The notes beneath the pieces were generated by a model. It ran no database searches. It worked only from the letters and a program-made list of their open reading frames with translations, and was not told the origin of the DNA. From Paragordius varius (lineage: Eukaryota > Animalia > Nematomorpha): DNA of 64,000 nucleotides. Shown here one piece after another: positions 50,463 to 64,000 of the stretch. Position 1 is the stretch's first letter, and each line of letters opens with the position of its first letter. The stretch spans positions 6,076,001-6,140,000 of the forward strand of contig OZ176057.1 in assembly GCA_964247055.1 (NCBI GenBank), in the 5' to 3' direction. Both the position numbers and the translations under genes were made by a program.

Positions 50463-51849
50463 AAATTTTACTTTTTTTGATTTATTTAATTTTTTTTTCC
50501 TCGCACATTTTTTGAGATCCTGTGGATAGATTGGGTGCATATGCAACTTCCCTTTGCTATACAATGTATTGCCATTACTATCTATATAAAGTAAATTGTT
50601 TTTATTTAATTATTAGAATACTACCATTGTTAATTGAAAAAAAAGGAAACTGTCCAACCTAATCCTAGAAACAATGTACAATATAACCACCAATTAAAAG
50701 ACAAATTATTGCAAACATGGTTGATATTATACGACTGAAATGATGGGAAAATTCGTTCCAATAAAATTGTAATCATCAAACAATATATGTAAGTTTTGCA
50801 TGTTTTATATATATATATACAGTATAATTACAAATGCATTGCTGGGTTTGCATTAAAATATTGTCAGATACGATTGATAGTAAAGAACATTTATTGACTT
50901 CAACAAGAAGAATCTTTTCTTGCTATTAGCCTATAATTTAATTGAGAATTCTATCTGGCAAATACATTAACACAAACCCAGTAATATTTTTTTAATTATA
51001 CTGTAATTTTCCATTTTTTTTAAAAAAATAAATACATGTTTAATTACTATAGTAATATATTGCTAACAAGTGGGTTTCTTGATCTTTTATAATTTATTTT
51101 TTTTTCATTTGTTTAAGGAAGATGAAATAAATAGAAAGGTGAACATTTGTTAAAATTATTTAGATGCTTGCCTGTTTTGAAATCTAAAATATCCTTGCAA
51201 TTTAAAATAATTTTACATATTTAGCACTTGGTAAAATATTTTTGTATTGAATTTTTTTCTCTAAAATCATGTAAAAAAATTTTGATAAGGGAGAGGAAAT
51301 GTTAACATATAAAGGTGTACGTACTTATGTTGTTATTGTGCATGCTTGTCCTATAAAATTTAATTTCTTAACAAATAAATTCATATTATATGGCTTCGCG
51401 GGCCGCATTAACTAAAATTTTATTAGATATAAAAAATGATGCTGTAGAAACCACTATTTTATTATCATTTTTTGGGAAATTGTCAAAATTCCTTAAAATT
51501 CCGTTCAGAAATTTGTTTAAGATAGTGAATTTCCCTTAAATTTTCTTAAAACTCGTGCAGTCTCAATATTTTGGAGAGCAGCGTGTTGGCCACCTCTCCT
51601 CTAAAAAATTCCTAGTATTTAAATATGCACAACAAATTGGTTTCTTGGGATTTTCTGACGTTTATTCATTGATATAACGCCTTCTTTTCATGTCTTCTAT
51701 TTTTTCATGCATAAAACTTCTTAAGGTAGTTTAAAAAATAATAAAAATGGTTTTAAAGTTTCGCAAATATATACTAAAATTATTAAAAACTGTTAAAAGT
51801 TTGTTAAAAAAAGTGAGAAATTGTTTAAAAATCAATTAGAAGTTATAAA

Positions 51850-52800
51850 AATTGGTTAAAGGTTGTAAATTTCAAAAATCGGTTAAAATTTCCTTAAAAT
51901 TTGTTAAAAATCGGTTAAAGTTTTCTTAAAATTTGCTAAAAATTGGTTAAAGTTACCTTAAAATTTGCTAAAAATCGGTTAAAATTTCCTTAAAATTTGC
52001 TAAAAATTGGTTAAAGTTACCTTAAAATTTGCTAAAAATCGGTTAAAGTATCCTTAAAATTTGCTAAAAATCCGTTAAAGTTTTCTTAAAATTTGCTAAA
52101 AATCCATTAAACTTTTCTTAAAATTTGCTAAAAATCGATTAAAGTTTCCTTAAAATTTGCTAAAAATCGATTAAAGTTTCCTTAAAATTTGCTAATCGGT
52201 TAAAGTTTCCTTAAAATTTGCTAATCGGTTAAAGTTTCCTTAAAATTTGCTAAAAATCGGTTAAAGTTTTCTTAAAATTTGCTAAAAATCGGTTAAAGTT
52301 TCCTTAAAATTTGCTAAAAATCGGTTAAAGTTTCTTAAAATTTGCTAATCGGTTAAAGTTTTCTTAAAATTTGCTAAAAATCGGTTAAAGTTTCCTTAAA
52401 ATTTGCTAAAAATCGGTTAAACATTTCTAAAATCTGCTAATAATCGGTTAAAGTTTCCTTAAAATTTGCTAATCGGTTAAAGTTTCCTTAAAATTTGCTA
52501 ATCGGTTAAAGTTTCCTTAAAATTTGCTAAAAATCGGTTAAAGTTTTCTTAAAATTTGCTAAAAATCGGTTAAAATTTGTCTTAAAATTTGCTAAAAATC
52601 GGTTAAAGTTTCCTTAAAATTTGCTAAAAATCGGTTAAAGTTTCCTTAAAATTTGCTAATCGGTTAAAGTTTCCTTAAAATTTGCTAAAAATCGGTTAAA
52701 GTTGCCTTAATATTTGTTAAAAATCGATTAAACTTTTGTTAATATTTGCTAAAAATTTCCTTAAAATCAGTTAAAATATACTTATAATCTGCTAAAAATA
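51850..52800 (+). repeat. Short satellite 1 array, unit 3
   Basis: 32-bp monomers plus a private 29-bp variant (GCTAATCGG); lacks the ATG/17-bp variant. Confidence 0.93.
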
Positions 52801-53078
52801 TACTTATAATTAGGTAAAAATTAGTTAAAAATATGCCTATAAATCCAAATGTTGTAGATAATAATAATTGCCTAAAAATCGCAAGTTTTTTGAAAAATGC
52901 TTAAATTGTATATATGACTTCACTCAATTCTACAAAATTGCTTAATAAAATGTCCGCAAATCGGTTTTTTAAATATTTAAACACAAAACATATCATTCAT
53001 TCTTAAATAGCGTTTTTTTGAATTATTATATTGTAATTAATCGTTTATATTTATCAATTTATATATTTATTTTTTTAG

Positions 53079-53162
53079 AATGTATTGCCTCAATCAATTA
53101 TTTGCGGAAAAACTGAAACGAATCATAAATGAATAGATTTTAACTTGATATTTCGGAATTCG
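53079..53162 (+). other. Exon-like cassette A, unit 3
   Basis: Identical to units 1 and 2 despite diverged flanks. Confidence 0.5.
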
Positions 53163-53294
53163 GTAATTTTTTTACTGTTTTATAATTCAAATAAGTAATT
53201 TATTATTATAGTTATATTAAACAGAAATTTTATTTTAAAATATATATTTAACATTATTGAAACCGTTGAATTTTTTAAAATAATTTTAAAAGAT

Positions 53295-54660
53295 TTTTAA
53301 TCAGTTGTTTTTATTAATCATTGTTTTAGTAATCATTTGTTTTAATTAATCAGTTGTTTTAATTAATCAGTTGTTTTAATTAATCAGTTGTTTTTATTAA
53401 TCAGTTGTTTTTATTAATCAGTTGTTTTTATTAATCAGTTGTTTTTATTAATCAGTTGTTTTTATTAATCAGTTGTTTTAAATTGTTTTAAATAATCATT
53501 TGTTTTTATTAATCAGTTGTTTTAATTAATCAGTTGTTTTAATTAATCAGTTATTTTTATTAATCAGTTGTTATTAATCATTTATTTTATTAACAGTTAT
53601 TTTTATTCAACTAGTTATTTTAATTATTCAATTGTTTTTATTAATCAGTTTTAATTAAACAGTTGTTTTTATTAATCAGTTGTTTTTATTCAACTAGTTA
53701 TTTTAATTATTCATTTGTTTTGATTAATCAGTTGTTTTTATTAATCAGTTGTTTAAATTAATCAGTTGTTTAAATTAATCAGTTGTTTTAATTAATCAGT
53801 TGTTTTAATTAATCAGTTGTTTTAATTAATCAGTTGTTTTAATTAATCAGTTGTTTTAATTAATCAGTTGTTTTAATTAATCAGTTGTTTTTATTAAGCA
53901 GTTGTTTTTATTAATCAGTTGTTTTTATTAATCAGTTGTTTTTATTAATCAGTTGTTTTTATTAATCAGTTGTTTTTATTAATCAGTTGTGTTTATTAAT
54001 CAGTTGTGTTTATTAATCAGTTGTTTTTATTAATCAGTTGTTTTTATTAATCAGTTGTTTTTATTAATCAGTTGTTTTTATTAATCAGTTGTTTTTATTA
54101 ATCAGTTGTTTTTAATTACAATTGTTTTAATTAATGAGTTGTTTTTATTAATCAGTTGTTTTTATTAATCAGTTGTTTTTATTAATCAGTTGTTTTTATT
54201 AATCAGTTGTGTTTATTAATCATTTGTTTTTATTAATCAGTTGTTTTTATTAATCAGTTGTTTTTATTAATCAGTTGTTTTAATTAATTAGTTGATTTTA
54301 TTAATCAGTTGTTTTATTAATCAGTTGATTTTATTAATCAGTTGATTTTATTAATCAGTTGATTTTATTAATCAGTTGATTTTATTAATCAGTTGATTTT
54401 ATTAATCAGTTGTATTAATCAGTTGTTTTTATTAATCATTTGTTTTTATTAATCATTTGTTTTTATAAATCAGTTATTTTTATAAATCAGTTGTTTTTAT
54501 AAATGAGTTGTTTTTATAAATGAGTTGTTTTTATAAATGAGTTGTTTTTATAAATCAGTTGTTTTTATAAATCAGTTGTTTTTATAAATCAGTTGTTTTT
54601 ATAAATCAGTTGTTTTTATAAATCAGTTGTTTTTATTAATCAGTTCTTATAATCAGTTTT
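53295..54660 (+). repeat. Satellite 2 array, unit 3
   Basis: 17-bp periodicity with private variants (GTTGATTTT, ATAAATCAG). Confidence 0.95.
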
Positions 54661-54689
54661 TTTTATTATGTTGATTATAATTATAAGTT

Positions 54690-55500
54690 TATCTAAAAAC
54701 CGCCAAAACTATCTAAAAAGTTATATTAAAAACCGAATTAAAAAACCGCTAAAACTCTCTTTAAAACCGCTAAAACATCCTAAAAATGGCTAAAATTTTT
54801 AAAATATCGCTAAAATTCCTTTTAACTCAAAATAATGCGTTTAATTCTCTTAAAATCGCTAAAATTTCCTAAAAACCGCTAAAATTTTATAAAAACCGCT
54901 AAAACCTTATAAAAACCGCTAAAACCTTATAAAAACCGCTAAAACCTTATAAAAACCGCTAAAACCTTATAAAAACCGCTAAAATTCCTTTTAAATCAAA
55001 AAAGTTTGAAATTCTCTAAAAATTGCTAAAATTTCTTAAAAACCTCTAAAACTTTCTAAAAACCGCTAAAATTCCTTTTAAATAAAAAATGCGTTTGAAA
55101 TTCTCTAAAAACCGCTAAAATTTTCTAAAACCGCTTAAACTTTCTAAAAACGCTCCAACCAGCTAAAAGTCTACTTCTTTAGAAATATTCTAAAAACCGG
55201 TTACAATTTAATAACCGGATAACAATGTAATGATAAAACTTCCTTAAAACCGCTAAAACTTTCTTAAAATGCTAAAATTTTTAAAATATAGCTAAAATTC
55301 CTTTTAAATCAAACAAATGCGCTTGAAATTCTCTTAAAATTGCTAAAAAATTTAAAATCCCTAAAAGTTTTCTAAAAACCACTAAAGCTCTCTAAAAACT
55401 TTCAATATTGTTTAAAAAGCGTAAATATTCTTTTTAAATCAAAAATGCGCTGAAATTCTTTAAAAAATGGCAAACTTTTTTAAAACCGCAAAATTGTTTT
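54690..55500 (+). repeat. Satellite 3, unit 3
   Basis: Includes consecutive exact AAAAACCGCTAAAACCTTAT 20-mers near 54890-54975. Confidence 0.85.
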
Positions 55501-55626
55501 TCTGCAAACATATGCCACCTTTTTTTTTATAAATTTTATTATTTTAACCAATTAGCTAGCCATTTTAAATAGCATTTTTATAATATTAATCTCAATATAT
55601 TGTAACATACTATTTTTTTTGTTTAG

Positions 55627-55708
55627 AATGTGTGATGTCTTACAGAAGTACGCAGGACTGACTTCAACAAAACTGATGTAGAAATACCTGGAATGTTTTG
55701 GGAATTGG
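55627..55708 (+). other. Exon-like cassette B, unit 3 (82 nt)
   Basis: TTTAG|AATGTG...GGAATTGG|GTAATT. Confidence 0.5.
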
Positions 55709-56072
55709 GTAATTATTATTTTATATTTTGTTGATAAATTTTGAATATTATTTAAGTATTTTTGTTAATCCAATTGTTTTGTTTTATAAATTCTGTATAA
55801 ATCCATATTATCATAATCAACTTTTTTTATGTAATTAGCATTTATCACCTGTTTATTAGTTGTTTTTAATCAGTTTGTAATAATTGGTTTTATCTTACAG
55901 TTGTTTTCAATTGGTTAACTTGAGATATTCTAAAGATAGTTGAAATTTTTTTAAAAAGAATATGTAGAGTATGTAGAATATAAATTTTCTATCGTTTGTA
56001 AATTTTTTTTATTTATTATTGTAACATAATATTTAATCCTTAATTATTACATTTTTCTTTAATTTACTGTAG

Positions 56073-56155
56073 AATGTGTTGTTTATGTAATCAGCAGCCC
56101 GAAACGTAAACGAAGTCTATTGAAAAAGCGTAATTGAATATTATGGATGAACTTG
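56073..56155 (+). other. Exon-like cassette C, unit 3
   Basis: TGTAG|AATGTG...GAACTTG|GTAATT. Confidence 0.5.
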
Positions 56156-57060
56156 GTAATTAATTATATTTAGATTAAATTTTAGAACAGATTTTTTTAC
56201 TAGTTTTTCAACTTTACATTTTTTTCTCAAAATAACTACTTTTTTTAATAAAATTGATGAGTCGATTTTAATGCTCTTTAATTAAAGAATTTAATTTTAT
56301 TTTTACGTTTGACAAAGATTACCTGTAGTAATCGAAATATTATAATAAATTTATATAATTTTTGCTGAATTATTGCATATATAATAATATAATTGATTTA
56401 ATTAATCATTTTTTTAATAAATTAACTATTTATAATAAATTTTTGATTTAAAACAAATTAGTTATTTTTATTAAGATATATAATATTGTTCCTTTAATTT
56501 TTACCGCAAAATAACAAAATATCACTTTTTTATAACAAACTTTATAAATTTTTTTAAATAACCATTTTTCTTGATCAGCTGTTTTTTGAATTTGATACCT
56601 ATAATTATTTAATAGTTTCAAGATATTTATTTTTATGTGATTATTTGTTTTGACTTTATATTTTATTTTATTTTTAGGAAACAATATAGTATCCACTTCA
56701 TTGCTGCCATACCAATTAAACTATTTACGTATATATTTTTAGTTACTTTTTACGTTATTAATAACCAATTGTATAAATATTTTTTATTTTTTCCTTATTA
56801 TTCAGATAAATCTGTTGTATTAATCAGTTGTTTTAATTAATCAGTTGTTTTAATTAATAAGTTTTATTATTTGTGTTTATTAATTATTTGTATTTAAATG
56901 ATTATTTATCATTAATCAGTTCTTCAGTTGTTTTTATTTATCGTTTGTTTTAATTTATCGTTTGTTTATATCAATCAGTTGTTTTTATAAATCAGTTGTT
57001 TTAATAAATCTGTTGTTTTTAATTATTATTTGTTTTTAAGAATCAGATGTTTTAATTAAT

Positions 57061-58072
57061 CAGGTTTAAAGCACTTTAAGGGTTTCGAGTTTGTGGGCTA
57101 GGGTTAGGGTGAGGGATTGGAGCGCATTTCTATTCTATAAATTTATATAACCTTTTTTTTGACTTTTCTCTTCTAACAAAAAAATGCTCTCTTGATTATA
57201 TTTGAATAAAATTTTTAGAAAACTCTTTTTTAACTACATTTATGGTTTCTAGTTTTAAGTTAGGGTCAGGTTCTTAAAGAAGTCCGCAAATTAATTTATA
57301 TATTGGTTGTTTGAGGTATTTACGCAAAAACCTCTGACATAGACAGCTGATTTCTTTGAAACTTTTTATTTTTTAGGATAAATTTCATACAATTCTTTTT
57401 ATTAGGATTAAAGTATCACGTGTTTTTGGTGTAATATGAGTCGTTTAAGCTGGTTTAAAATTTAAATTTACAAAACGTCAATGTTAAACTCTAACCTATT
57501 ACCGCTAATACTTGTGAGTAAATCTTTATCTCATTTCTTATGACCCTTTAAAGCTGTTATTATGGTTTTTGAGCAAAATTTATTGATTTAGGTTTAAAGA
57601 ACTATAAGGTTTTTCGAGTTTCTGGGCTAGGGTTAGGGTGAGGGGTTGGAGTTGGTTCATTTTCTTAAAGAAGTCCGCAGGACTTCCTCGGTTTCTTTTT
57701 AAATTAAATCTTTGTCTCAGAATTTTGCAGATTGGTTTAAATGATATTCATAATTATAAAATAGGGAGCACATTATTCTCATTTTTTATAATTTCTGACC
57801 TATTTTTTTTGTTAATTATTTTATCTATAATAATAAAAGACTCTATTTTGTTTGAAAACCAGAGTTTTTTTTAACAGATTATATTACTGATATCTTTATT
57901 CAAATACAGCTGGTTTTAAAAACCTCAATATTTATCTCTAAAACCTATTTTGAGATTTTAAGTTTATATTTCGGTTTTTGAGTAAAATTTTTATCGATCT
58001 CGGTTTAAACCACTTTAAGGGTTTTGAGTTTGTGGGCTAGAGTTAGGGAGAGGGATTGGAGTTGGTTCATTT
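57061..58072 (-). mobile_element. Cluster of three partial twin-hairpin/G4 element copies (57061-57130, 57590-57693, 58000-58072)
   Basis: Each begins GGTTTAAA(G/C)(C/A)ACT(T/A)TAAGG...GGGCTAG(G/A)GTTAGGG. Internal deletions remove one or both hairpins. Confidence 0.6.
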
Positions 58073-58860
58073 ATAAATTTATATAACCTAACTAAATCTC
58101 TGAATTTCCTTTTTTTAATGATAGCCATTACTTTGAAATAGGGAGCAGGTCATTTTCTATTTTTTCTGACTTTTCTCTTCTCACAAAAATAGCCTCTCTT
58201 TATTAAGGTTTTTGATTTTTTTAAAAAACTCTTTTTAACTACATTTAGGGTTTCGAGGTTTAAGTTAGGGTAAAGTTCTTAAAAAAGTCGGTAAATTTAT
58301 TAATGTATTGGTTGTTTCAGGTTTTAAGTTCGAACTTTATCACAAACATTTTTAACGCTAATTTTTCCGCTATTATCGCAAAAACCTCTGACATAAACAG
58401 CTAATTTCTTTAAAACTTTAAATTTTTTAGGATAAATTTCATATAATTCTTTTGTTATTTAGGATTAAAGTATTAATAATATATGAAATTAATTAAAATG
58501 ATGAATTGACCCAAAATCATGAGAGCTAACTAGACAAGATACTATATCAAAGAAAATGAATATTTTTTATAAATAAATAAAAACAATTTTATAGATTCTG
58601 AAACTATCTAAATAATCTCAACAACGATAAATGAATATTCAAAAATGATACAAAAACTGGATATAACAAATTGACAGAAAATCAAGAATAACTCAAGACT
58701 AGACAAGAATGATATTTTTAATATTAAATAATAATATTTGTTAATAAATAATCCTGATTTTATTATGATTTTTTGATTAAAAAAAAATTAAAAAATATAA
58801 ATAAATATATATAACCCCCCCCCCCCCCAAAGGGCGAGAAAAAAAATTAAAAAATATTCT

Positions 58861-59022
58861 AAGTCCAAAATTTTATTTTGAGCGTCCGGGAGTAAGAGTG
58901 CTCAAAATACAATTTTGGACTTGCGGGCCTGCAACAAACTCTCATTATACTTGTGGAGAGTTTTTGCGCCAACTCTCTAATGGGAGAAATAAATGCTCCT
59001 TAACACAAGTAAGGAAAAAAAC
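58861..59022. other. 23-bp hairpin plus left arm of the long palindrome; contig ends here
   Basis: Homologous to 12863-13024. The left arm reads CATTATAC, which perfectly complements the right arm seen in units 1 and 2. Confidence 0.9.
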
Positions 59023-59222
59023 NNNNNNNNNNNNNNNNNNNNNNNNNNNNNNNNNNNNNNNNNNNNNNNNNNNNNNNNNNNNNNNNNNNNNNNNNNNNNN
59101 NNNNNNNNNNNNNNNNNNNNNNNNNNNNNNNNNNNNNNNNNNNNNNNNNNNNNNNNNNNNNNNNNNNNNNNNNNNNNNNNNNNNNNNNNNNNNNNNNNNN
59201 NNNNNNNNNNNNNNNNNNNNNN
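59023..59222. other. Assembly gap (200 N)
   Basis: Run of N; the round length suggests a scaffolding join of unknown true size. Confidence 0.99.
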
Positions 59223-62200
59223 GGGCTAGGGTTAGGGTGAGGGATTGGAGTTGGTTCATTTCCTTAAAGAAGTCCGCAGGACTTCCTCGGGCTGCGTAGC
59301 AGGCCGAGACCCACGCATTTTCTTTTTACTTATACCTTATATTTATGGTGGATAATTATGTACTTGAATATAAAAATATCATTTTAACATTATTTATAAT
59401 AGAGAGATAGGTAAAATATGTTGAATTGTTTTAGGAAATAATTAGAGATCGGTGTAAAGAGCATTGGATACATTAAGCTATAAGGAATTACAAAGATTAC
59501 ATAATGTTTACATTTAATTTTTATTATCCAAATCTTAATATATATATTATATAGTTTAGGCATAGTTATATAATTTTTATCTACTTTAATGAAAATGTGT
59601 TGGCTAAAAATTATTGGCAAGTATTCTGCTAATTATATATTGATTTTCAAATAAATAAAACTTTTCCAACAAATCTTATATTATTTTTAGATGTTTTTTT
59701 AAAAAATTAAAAATTAATTACTATTTAAAACTAGAATGCTTTGTCCAAACTAGACCACTTAAATTTAAAAATAGGAAATTAATGATAAACATAGCTAAAT
59801 TCAAAAATTATTTCTTTTTTAATTGTATATTCATGGCATTATAAGTTTAATTATTAAAAATTTTAGGTTTCTGCAGGAAAAATTGTGCATTGCTCTAAGT
59901 TACATGGTGTCAAGAATAAAATGTTAAATAAGGAAATTATATTTAATCATTAATATATGTGCAAGATTTATTTATATGTTTTTGGCGTCAAATAAGATTC
60001 ATAGAAATTTTATTTGTAAGCTAAGGTTAGGTTAGATATTAGAGTTGGTTCATTTATCTAAAAAAGTCCGCAGGACTTCTTCGGGCTGCGAAACAGGCTA
60101 AGAACATCCGTTGTTGTTTTAGATTTAAATTTAATTAAAATCACTATAACATCGCTCATATACAAATACAAAAATTAATTTTATCAAACAAGGATATTAT
60201 TCCTAACAAAACCATTTATGAAACCAAAAAATTGGTTATAATATAGTATTTTTATCACAAATAAAAATTCGAAATAGTTTAAAATAAATTTTTCAGATAA
60301 TAGTAGTAGAACAAAATCAATATTGAAAGTTCAGCTCTATGTAAGGTATTGCAATTGTTTTAGGTTCAAAAGAAGACTTGTAAAGCAATAAAGTATTAAA
60401 ATTTAGGTCAAAATATTTAATTTTAAGGATTGTAAATATCGGTGTTAATACTCTCAATATATATAATAAAGATTAAAAAATGAGGATCTGGTCAACTTGC
60501 ATATATATATATATTATATAATTTTATGAATATATAATTATTTAAAGCTTTTATTATTTTATTTTGGTATAATAGTGATTAATATTGGTAAGCAAATAAC
60601 CTTGAAATCATAATAATATTTACCCATATATATATATATATATATGAATGAGTTATCAGACCTTCACAGATATAATTACCCATGATGTAATATATAAGAG
60701 GCATCAATACAATTTAAATATAAAATATCCATATTAAAAAAATTTATTTATATTCTCATCTTTATTGGAGTCAAAAATATTTTTGCCATACTACATAAAT
60801 TATATTTAAACATCAACATTAACGATATAAGCTAATTTTATTTAAGTCCAAATTTTTTAATCCAAATTAATTTCTTTTATGCTAGGTGGTATTCATACAT
60901 ACATAAATTCAAAAATTTGCTTCACAATACAAAATTACTCTTTCGGGCAGAATGGTTCATTATATGTTTACTTTGTTTCGAAAAAGTTATGGCATTTAGA
61001 ATGCGTCGTTTAGTTGAAAATATTTTACAGTTTTCAATGGATTTACGAATTGAACAAACTAAAACTTCAACTTTATTCGAAAAGCAAATGTGGGCCTGAT
61101 TCCGTATCAAATATGGAAGTTAAGCGTAATATTTGGATCTTGCAGTATGTAGCAAATATAAATGTTATTTTTGTTTTTACAATTTTGACCTTTGTAAACT
61201 TTAATGACAATCAATATATCTACCCCTTATTTTGCAATTGAAAATGTTTAAAATTTTTTGAAAAATCTTTTAAGTTTGCAAATATGGTTGCCATTTGTAA
61301 AAAAAAATAGTTTTTATATTTTATAACGTATTTTCCGTGTATTTTTTAATATTTACTGTATATGTAACGATTTTGCTGATAAATATTTCACATATTTGTC
61401 TAATTCACTTCCTTAACAAACCAACATTATTTCTAATTAAATCCTTTTTTATCATTTCCTGTTTTTTCTCTATATATCTGTGTAGGAAATCATAGGAACG
61501 AACATATATAATCAAAACAAGGCTTCCTCCCCGTTTTTGCGACAATGTTGCTGGCAAACAATGTCATTACATTATTCTTTAGTCTCATTACATAGGCCTT
61601 TTTCAAATTTTGGCTATTGAATTTGCCTTCATTCCTACTCGATGAAGATATTAAACAGATTTATTCAAATGTTGGCCAAGGATGAAAAGATTTGTGATAT
61701 TGTGCGCAAACGGAAAAAGAATAAAAAAGGTATTATTCAAATAATATTTAAAATAAAATTTTTAAATGTGTTCAAGTTTGTTAACTTTGAAGATTTAAAA
61801 TATACCTTTATTTACTGTGGCAAAGTTTATTACTTTTTGTAGTTTTGATTACCTTATCGAACTGTATGCGGGTAGATATGGTGGGATATATTGCACTTTA
61901 AGAGTGTCCTTGAACACTTCAGGTTTGTCCTTTGACTTTTTTGTTTTGTTTTTAACTTTTATCTTCCACTCGGACATCATTCAATTTTATCGTTTTTAAC
62001 TTATTTTTTATTTTAAATTTTAAATCAATATCAACTTCATGATTAAGCAAGTTAATCTTTATTAATTCCCTAAAATTATTTGGAATTTATAAGATTTTAA
62101 CGACTAATTATATATAAGTTTCTGGTTTATTATTACAATTTTTCATTGAAAACATGTTAAGTTATAATTTTGTTGGATTGGAAAAAATTATTTCATTAAA

Positions 62201-64000
62201 AAAGTGGTTTTTGAATAAATTATTTTTTTTAAATGAATAAATATATAATAAATAAACAGAATTAGGTTAAAAATTAATAAAATAAAACCTACATCCAAAA
62301 ATTATGGTTAATACAAAATTTAAAAATTTTAAGGATTAACTTGAGGTGTTTAAGGACCAACTTGAAGTGTTTAAGGACCGAAGTGTTAAAGGACCAACTT
62401 AAAGTGTAACAACTTAGAGTGTCTAAAGAACTTAAAACGTTTATGGACACTCTGAATAATTTATTTATCACACAAGTCATAAATCAATATTGCAAATATT
62501 TTTTAGATGAATTTTTTTAAACTATGTTATTGCTTTCACGGTTCCATTTAGGGTATCATAGTGTTCCATGCTCATTTTTGCTTCATTTTTTGTATCAAGC
62601 TACTGATTTCAGTACTAAACGGTTTTTGCAAATCAAAATCATTATTAAAGTCCATTTAGCAGTTTATTTTATTATAAAACTTGATCACGAGAGATGCCTG
62701 AAGTCGTATTATGCGTTAACATACATTCTTTCATTTCAAATTATGTTGCTAATAATCGGCTTTGATATTAAACTTTATTTTATGTAAAAAAATATAACTA
62801 ACCTATAAAATTTTGAAACTATGGCAGAAATTTAGCAATATTCCAAAAAATTTACTTAGATATAAAATTTACCTTAATATAAAACCAAATTGCTTTTGCC
62901 CTAGGTACAGGTTATCAGCCAGTCCCCTCAAGCAGTCCAGGAGGTAGTACGACGACCCCAGAATTAAACACGCCACCTAATGAATCTCGTGATTCCGATG
63001 ATGAAAAAAAGCGTAAAAAAGGAAGCAGTCATCACAAATCAAAGAGTAGAGGCGATGATAAGGGAACCTCCAAAAAAAGCTCAAAACATGACATTGATGG
63101 TATGGATTTATATGGAATTTGTGTTCATCTAAAATCTTAGTAGATTTATTTTACATGCTGTGTTTGCTAGTCCAATAAGAATATATGTCTGTATAAAGGG
63201 TTTTTTTGTAAGTTTCAATAAAATTTTTGAATAAAATAAAATTTTTGTAAGGAGAGTTTTTACGAAAGTTACAATTCATGGTTAAAAGGATCTGAAATTG
63301 GTATCTTTTATGTTAAAAAGTTTCGTCACTATTCCCTTGCTTTGCAACATACTATGATGGATACTAATTAGACTGATTAACAATATAATTTACCCTAAAT
63401 CATTTACATATTTAGTAGACAAAAAAGCCAAGAAAAAAGAAAGTGGCATTAAAATTAGTGCATCAGGGACAACAGACAAAAAATCAAGTAAAACGAAAGA
63501 TTTGACAAAATCCTCGTCGTCTGGAACCAAAAAAGATAAAAAAACCTCTAAAAGTGGAAAACGGGATGAATCACAATCTCCGGCACCCGCAAGTGATTCC
63601 AAAGACAAACAAAAGAAAAAAGATAAAGCCTCGCCTGATAATAAGAAGAAGGGCAAAAAATAGTGTTTTAACTTTGTTTTTAGGACCGGTCTAGTCCTTA
63701 AGATTTGATTGGAACTTGTAATTTTTAAGCGTTTACTTCATGCATATATCTATCAATTCAAAAGAATTATGTTAAAATAAAGGCCATTTTATACGCATAT
63801 GATATTTGTAAACTAATGTTTTATTAGTTGTTAAGATTATCACAAACCTTAAAAACTTTTATTGTTTTGATATATTAAACAGCTATTTGAGTATCAAATC
63901 ATATTTTACAATATTACTATGATCTTATATTATATGGACACTAAAATTTTTTTGCCAAAGAATTGAATGTAAATATTAACTAGAATTGTTACCCAAATAT
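59223..64000 (-). repeat. Inverted copy of 44074-48851
   Basis: All mirrored ORF-track coordinates sum to 108074, and the translations are identical. Confidence 0.97.
62905..63663 (+). CDS. Lys/Ser-rich unknown gene, last two exons (inverted copy)
   Basis: Exons 62905-63099 and 63419-63663, mirroring 45169-44411. Confidence 0.78.

Larger units (their letters stand above)
24342..51383 (+). repeat. Second copy of the ~24-27 kb tandem segmental unit
   Basis: ORF track repeats at offsets 24341, 24405 and 26602; colinear features throughout. Confidence 0.97.
51384..59022 (+). repeat. Third, diverged and partial copy of the tandem unit
   Basis: Colinear with 24342-39620 but with many substitutions and indels; ends at the gap. 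Confidence 0.93.

Noticed and set aside
58898-59299. ORFs spanning X runs
   Set aside because: Artefacts of translating across the N gap.

Overview
Very AT-rich animal (metazoan-type) nuclear DNA; no prokaryotic genes, rRNA, tRNA or CRISPR are supportable. The window is a tandem array of a ~24-27 kb unit: position 1 recurs at 24342 and, diverged, at ~51384. A 200-N gap (59023-59222) follows, then an inverted copy of 44074-48851 at constant offset. Each complete unit carries: (i) intron-like satellite arrays (32-bp monomer with higher-order structure, 17-bp, and 19-20-bp); (ii) short AG/GT-bounded exon-like cassettes containing stop codons (three in units 2 and 3, two in unit 1); (iii) a GC-richer island with a 23-bp hairpin, a ~200-nt nested palindrome and a decayed reading frame with two 17-nt intron-like inserts; (iv) only the last five exons of an alkaline phosphatase (copy 1 has a TAA nonsense codon, copy 2 is open); (v) the last two exons of a convergent Lys/Ser-rich unknown gene; (vi) a ~120-bp dispersed element combining twin hairpins with a telomere-like G-quadruplex motif; (vii) a CCAAT/TATA promoter-like site. 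All analysis was by eye. Satellite boundaries are approximate; exon and hairpin coordinates were counted directly. The organism is not identified.
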